Assembly (NCBI GenBank): GCA_973851085.1
Contig: OZ316776.1
Span: 11,780,001-11,844,000, forward strand
Source: Ptychomitrium polyphyllum
Lineage: Eukaryota
DNA length: 64,000 nt
Direction: 5' to 3'
The position numbers were made by a program, and so were the translations under genes. Positions 57,130 through 64,000 of this stretch are shown piece after piece. Numbering within the stretch: the stretch's first letter is position 1; the number at the start of each line of letters is the position of its first letter. A model generated the notes under the pieces. It saw only the letters and a list, made by a program, of their open reading frames with translations. It did no database searches and was not told the DNA's origin.

Positions 57130-60100
57130 TTAGGACAATCTATATATATCAGTTGGCAAAATCATAGTCCGTGTTTCTGGGCTTTTAGGAACTGACGAAG
57201 ACCTTAGCCACTCAAAAAGTGCACGCCCCCTATAAAGAAACTGCAAAACAAACATACAATCCATTCACATCAGATACTCGTGATTTGAATGAAGGTCATA
57301 GATATCATAAGCCTTCTTAACAAAATGAAAATGACGCTCAATCAGAAAGGAAAAACATAATTCCAGAAATTCACTTACGGCATGCTGCTTGCTGAGTATT
57401 GCACTTCGTTGTATCACTGCTACAACATCGGGTGCAATTGTACCATCCTACAAAAAGAAATATTATTAGAGCAATACAATAAATCCAGGAGAAACTACTA
57501 AGCATCTGAAAATGCTGAAAAGGAAAGGCCCTGCGTGTTTGAGGAAGAGTAACTATGGTCGCCGTGAATCAAGAACCTGCTGGGGTACTACTACTGGGTA
57601 GGCCATCAGGACTTCAACAGCACATACCACGTGTTTAATAGGCGAAGGATGAGAAAGAACACATACAAGGGACAGTAGAGGCTCCAAAGTAATGCAGCAA
57701 ATAGGAGAGGTTCCTTGAAGACCCTGTGGAGATGTATCCAAAAATCCCGACCCCAACAAAGGAACCTCCGTACCTCCCTTCAACGCTGTCAAAACAGCTT
57801 CCCGCACCTACAAACACGGAGAAATCGTACTCATTGCCTTTTGTCTCTATATCACTAATTTGCTGCTTGACAAGCAGAAATTCAAAGAGAAAATATGAAA
57901 TTGAGAATAGTACTTTGTACACTTCATAGTCCATAATCCTCTCCTGTGCAATAAAAGAAAGTCCAGAAAATGCAGTATAAAATCTAGAATCTTGTGAACA
58001 AACCAAAACTGTTACTCTTGATTAACTACTGAGCATTATGACCTCATCCATGCCACTCTATGACTAAAATATTAAGATCAGGCATGTAAACACCAAAAAA
58101 CACCCCTACTTCAGATACCAGAGAGGTACAGGTAAGCATCTCTTGTCACAGTTTCTGTATCCTTACATATAACGGATAGAACCCTAGTAGAAGTAAAAAT
58201 TACCCGTGATGGCATTGCTGCAACATAGACTTGCTCAAGGCAATAATGCTGGTACAAACATTGAGCCACCTTCGCTTTTTCCTGAGGTATCTGCAAATCC
58301 ACGTGACATGTTAAGGACACAATACCCACAAGTGTATCAAGTTGCTTAAGTAGGTAAGGATGCATGGGTGGAACTATGAGGGGCTGCCAAGGATCTTAAT
58401 TAATTTTCTAAGAAGACAAAGTACATTTTGCACTCCGATAAAACACTCTGAACTTTGAGGCACTTAATCACCAAAACTTAAAGATACATACTGGCAGTGT
58501 ACTTGAAGGAGCAGCTTCAACATCCGCATTAGTCTTCAAATCTACTTCAAGTGTCGGGTTGTTGCATACAAGCCCAGCAATGATTTCCATCTACATGGAG
58601 ACGAGGATATTGATAATCAGCAAAACAAGACCAGCAACTTCACAAACCAGTAATTTGAGTACTTCCTGGACAGCAGATGGCGCCAATAAGCTACTCCTGG
58701 TGCTAATACGCAACACATATACCCAAGGCGCGAAAAAGCTTAACACAAATAGAGCAATTATAGGATGAAGCTCTCATGGTAGATTGAGCCAATCCTTCCG
58801 TGCAAACAAATTGTTGAGACAGAACACATGAAAATTGTCTTTCGGGCTGATAGTATTGCATACATGAAACGGACACATCTTAACGAGTACTTTGAGGTAT
58901 GGAAACTCTTAACAAAAATCCTCAGAGACATCCGAAGATACACTTTCGAATATGGCTTACCAGATAACCAAATAAAAGAGCAGTGTCTTGATTTGGACAA
59001 GCCAAAGTAATTAGCCCCCTGCAATTGCAAGAAGAGAGCCAAATCAGAAAAATTGAAGCACTATGAGAAGAACCTGCAAACATGATCCTCCGAAAAGGGT
59101 GCAATTTTTCATGATGAGGTCTGCAACGTTATACCTCATGACTTGGGGATCCAAAGCCCGCTGCCACATCAGTTGATCCAAAGCTCTGGTCAACAAAGGC
59201 TGCACACACACACAAAAGAAAAAGGAACCCATGTCAAACGAACGAAATATTTCTGACCTCTAAAATCCCAGATTCGCCCCACTTAAAGTCTTGTAAATCA
59301 AAATGTCATCTAAAAGTCTGCTCGGGAGATTACTCATTGGACCTCGGATAAAAACTCTACCAAGGATGTTCTAGTTGCAAGCAATTTTACACAACGCAAT
59401 TCATTACAGTAGGTTTTAGTTTTGAAAATTAACAGATCTGCCTAACTCGCACTTTTGGATGATTTTATAAGTAGTGAGTTAATAATTTCAGAAATTTAAG
59501 GTCGACCGAATACCTTGAGATGAGCTTGTTGATGGCGATTCAGACGGGGATTCATCAAAACCTGCACAACCAAAACTCTAAGTCTATTACACACTCAAAA
59601 GGCCTACTATTGAAGCGGCTAGATATTCTCATAGCCGAGCAAGGGACTACCACACCAAGCACTATTTAACATGTGTCCTGGTCACTAACATCACCTTGGC
59701 GCAATAATGATTTTAAAATGGATTGCCTGAAGATAGACAACAAAAATAACATAAGGAAAAACTCACCATGAGATTAAGAAACCTGTCCAGAAAAACAGTT
59801 CCCACACCCACACGTAGCAATTAGAACTTTTGAACATTCTAGTGATGTGTGCACATTCATATACTCTTACTCTCTTATTGTACTACATCCTTTTACCAGC
59901 TCCAATACAATTATACGCCAAAATTTCACAATAATCCTTAAATACAACTTATTCATAGAACACATCTGGGAGTACACATACTATGATGTAATCTAAGACA
60001 TATTATGTGTTAAAATGATGACTCACTTTTGCACAGCAAAATCTACGCTCCACTGCCGAGCAATTTTGTATAATACATCATAGACATCTTCCACCTGCAC

Positions 60101-61711
60101 CAAAATTGCCATGTTTCTTACAAAAGTAGATATTCCAAAGAATCATCGGATCTTAGTAAAAATATGATGCATTATGCAGGATCACCATGTTCTTCTATCA
60201 AGCCAGGGTAACTTCATACGGTAACAAATTGGACTTCTCAGCAATCCGAGAATAAGTATCAAGCGACAGCTACCTTCCTCATCACATCACTCTAATATAT
60301 GAAGATTGTGAGGAAGAGACTGTAAGCAGAGAAAACTTACCCTCTTCGATAGTGTGGAATATACGTACTCTCCCAAACAAAATATCCGACCTGCAAGGCA
60401 AATGCATACCAATTTATTTAGATATCGATTCCCAAATCTCCTAACTAATTCACCGTATCTGGGAATAAAAAAATATCCATCATCCTGAATCCTCGACCAA
60501 AGATAGGCCGTTTATAATGCTCACAATGATTTAAGAGAAACAAACTCTCCTAGATGAAGAGTGTGGTTGTCACACTGAAAGACAGACAACAGCTATCCTG
60601 ACAAGATAAAGTATTTACTAACTCATCAACTCGGACAATCTCAACCAAATCTTAACGAATTATAGGCGCTCCAAAAAGAATAAGACCGGTCCTCCAAAAC
60701 AAGCTGATACTATCCGACCAAACATCTTCTTTCGTTTAGCACTAAATTTTAACGTGAAGTAGACAACATAGCTATAGAGTTGTTTAGTTGAAGTGTAATT
60801 TCAAAAATATAGTTTCTATAGGTATGCAGCCTACTTGTAATTTCGAAGCACGGAAGAAGTAGAAAATAGCTACCTTAGTCATACTACAAACCTAATACAT
60901 CTTACAATTCTCTTTGCACAAATTGTTGCACAGAAAGGACGGATGACAGCAGGCTGAATGTTAAAGGAGGTGCAGGAAAAAGCACTTAGAACCGTCCAAA
61001 AGCGAGACCATCAAGAGCATTGAATCAAATGCAAAATGACGTAAGAAAGAAGACAGGAGATACTTACACTCAGGTGATCCGATGCAAGAGTTCTCAAACT
61101 CCATATCCGCAACCTGCTCGATGCTGGCCAGAAAAAACTAAAAGTATCCTCCCACTTTCTCTTCACGTCTCAGAATCTAACGAATGAAAGCTTCAGAATC
61201 AACCGCCTAAATTGAGACTAGGTCTGGGTCTCATCTGGACCAAATTGCAAACTACCCGTCTCAAGATTGCAGATGTTACTCTTTCCAGGTGATATTACCG
61301 TATATAGACTCGGTAGCATCTCGAAGTAAAGGTTGCCGCCTTCAAACACTATCATCTTCCAGTACAAGGGATTCGCTAAGACCCGAACCCATACGCCAAG
61401 CCAGCAGACCCCGTGTCCGTAGCCAACAACCTCGACGAAATATTCTGAACGCCTCAACTTAAGAACATGAGCATGTTTGCAAATCAAGCCGCCGTTCCAC
61501 CTTCCCACAAGAATGGCAAGTATTCCAGAAATGCCATAGCTCCCAAAGTGGTGAAAACTCCGCACGTCCGAATACTCCCTACCATGAGATTCGAAAGATT
61601 ACGCAGACAGTGTCCCTTAGTTTTAACCCAGCATACTTACCAGAATCTCAAACACCTCGTTCGCATCCTGTCCAATGAGCTCCCCGGACCGTACACGCTG
61701 CAAATCTTCAT
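57130..61711 (-). CDS. Uncharacterised ~300-aa protein with C-terminal U-box/RING-like domain; exons 61641-61711, 61068-61123, 60341-60390, 60027-60094, 59767-59782, 59514-59561, 59135-59199, 58961-59018, 58492-58590, 58204-58290, 57667-57807, 57379-57447, 57130-57240
   Basis: Phase-compatible GT-AG exons give a stop-free frame ending PICCITLEPLLSL|DGTIAPDVVAVIQRSAILSKQHA|FLYRGRALFEWLRSSSVPKSPETRTMILPTDIYRLS*. The start is uncertain (ATG at 61711 or 61104). Confidence 0.72.
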
Positions 61712-64000
61712 CCTCTAAAACGCACCTACTGCAATGCCAAAACTCTCAAAACATCCTCCAATCTCACTCCCGTCAATCCTCCGCAAGACGCATCCCAAAC
61801 GTGCAACGAACGACTCCACCGCTACACAATCCGGGATTCAATCCAAATTCCAAATCCTGCAACCTCCTGAACCAAGAAAAGCGGAGAAAGAAACGGCAAC
61901 TGTCCTCCAAGCTTCCAAGCTTCCACTCCACCTCCAATTCGACCGATCAACTCCCGAAACACTCTTAGAAAACCCTAAGCAAACGCGCAAACGACACACA
62001 CAACCGCACCAACGCACGAACTCCAATCCTACGGCAGAACGAAACTCGTATCCCGGAATCCTTACCACTCCGCACTCCCGAATATCAAACTTCCAATTCT
62101 CATGACCTACAAGAACATCATCCTCTCTGCAGCCACCGCCAAGGCATCCTCTACAGAAGAACAAAAAGCTCCTCACCACACTCTCTCTCTCTCTCTCTCT
62201 TTTTCTCTTTCTCTCTGTGTGCTCTGTTTGCAACACAGCCTGGATGGCTTTCCTGAACCTTGGAAAGTAGAATGGAAAGCAAAGTGCGGCAGAGCGATGA
62301 GAGAGATAGCAGTGCAGCAACCGCCTGGGGCGTGCGAAGGGGTCGGCGCCAGCAATATGGAATGAGCTCTGCGCACAAGTCACGGCAGCTTGTTTCCGCT
62401 TCACGCGAGCAGTTTGCACACAACGCCTGCTCTCTTTTTCCAGCAATTGTCCATCTGTGACGGCAACCGAGCCTCCACGGTGGATCTCCGATCGCCGTCG
62501 CTACACCCAAATCCGACATCCTCTACCACTGGCTTACACTGCGCTTAATTAAATCTGAAAACAGTGTAGCTGGCGCTCAGGATGTGTATTCTGATATCCA
62601 AAACCAAGGCTATCTAGTATTTTGAAGACTTTGTGGTGCCAACTGTACGAAAATTGTAGATGACGTCGGTTTAGGAATGCTGTAACGGTTTTGGGTAGGG
62701 GTTCCTTCTCCCTTCCGTAAGCGGCGCAACACTGTCTAGGCGATTATTAGGTTGACGAGAATCGAGTGTGGTGGATGGTGTGTTGGTTTTTGAGGCGCAG
62801 TGGCGGTTTTTGGGAGTGTATCTTGCTTGAGCAAGTCTACTGACTGTATGGCGTCGTCGTATAGTTGTTTTATCCGGTTTTATCTTGTAAGCCACCGTGG
62901 CAGTTGTGATTGTACCGAGCTGGCAGAATCATGGCGTTCCTCTGGTTGGCAAGTAAATCCTTGCTGGGAGTCAGTGCTAACTGGTGAAGAGTATCAGCAG
63001 CTGAGTGAATTTGGCCGGTCAAAGTAAACTTCGTCGGTCAAAATGAACTTGGTCGGTCGGTCAAATCATGGAAATTCAAGGGGATTTTCGTCTTGCTGCT
63101 TTTCTGTTTTTAGGAATTTGAAATTGTTGGTGTAACTTTTGGAAAAAAGGAAAGGCGAAGCATAATCAAATGGATTTGAAGAGCTAAAAAAAAAATTATT
63201 TTTTTCACTTTTTATGTATTTCTAATATATATGAAAAAAAATGAATTTCAGAATGGTTTATGAAGGATTCGTTATAAAAATCACTTTAACAAAGAATATT
63301 TATAATTATAATTTAAATTATGGAAGCCATTTTAATTCTAAGTATGCTCACACCAATAAAAGTGTATTCACCTTTTATATTGACAATGATGTAAGTACAT
63401 AGTTTCAATTAATTTGTCTACAAACTTTGAACAACTTCTTGAGTTGAAAAATTTAGCATAAATGGTGTTTACTTATGTAGTACAGTTAATGTAAGGTTCT
63501 AATGGAAATAAATTAGCATGGAAATGAAGTTGAAAGGACATTGCAGATATTTTATGTAGTCAAGGAAATAAAAAGTCTAGAACATTTTTAACTTTTGATT
63601 AACCTTCTTGGATTTATTTTAGAATATTCATACACTTACATAGTTCCATTTCCATTTTGCTATCATTCCACATAGTCAACCCTAGTCCCCATATAATCAA
63701 ATCAAATTGTGTGCCTGGCTCATTAGAATGCACATTCTACAAACCATGCACTAGTTGTCATTTGGTCCCCAACTTATGCATAGTAAACATAACCATGCTT
63801 TTCATGTGAATCTCTACATACTCAAGTTCAAGCTACATCTTCCAATGATTATGAAGGATGTGTAGCTTTGAGTTAATTTCACTTTCACACAGTGGGCCCT
63901 TTGCTCAATTCAGTTGGACTTGTCTGGACAGAAAGCCCACCCCCATGTTGTGTTGATAGAAGAATGTGCAGCATAGTAAACACATACAGTATATACTACC

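Noticed and set aside
58660..58850. Extra candidate exons inside the U-box-like gene
   Set aside because: No phase-compatible donor/acceptor pair; the direct join 58961->58590 is in frame.
63500..64000. Possible LINE 3' remnant and an imperfect hairpin near 63828-63872
   Set aside because: Similarity is too weak, the stem is too short and mismatched for a miRNA precursor, and the region is truncated by the window edge.

Overview
Eukaryotic land-plant nuclear DNA, most consistent with a bryophyte such as a liverwort (inference from gene content and intron style). GC-richer intron-containing genes alternate with very AT-rich blocks. Recognisable genes are: the 5' part of a CKI1/AHK1-type histidine kinase (-, runs off the left edge), a zinc-knuckle/KH RNA-binding protein (+), a cinnamyl-alcohol-dehydrogenase-family enzyme (-), an intronless SDR (-), a GDSL lipase (+), a cytoplasmic poly(A)-binding protein (-) and a Companion-of-Cellulose-synthase-like LEA_2 protein (+). 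I assembled two further genes by hand from small GT-AG exons that the ORF track largely misses. The first is a 19-exon, ~460-aa coiled-coil protein hidden in the AT-rich block at 42.8-48.2 kb, a candidate centriole/sperm-flagellum gene. The second is a 13-exon protein at 57.1-61.7 kb ending in a divergent U-box/NleG-like domain. Also present are a decayed CACTA (DUF4216) transposase remnant, minisatellites, and a possible upstream transit-peptide exon for the CAD gene. All exon models are manual predictions and need RNA-seq confirmation.
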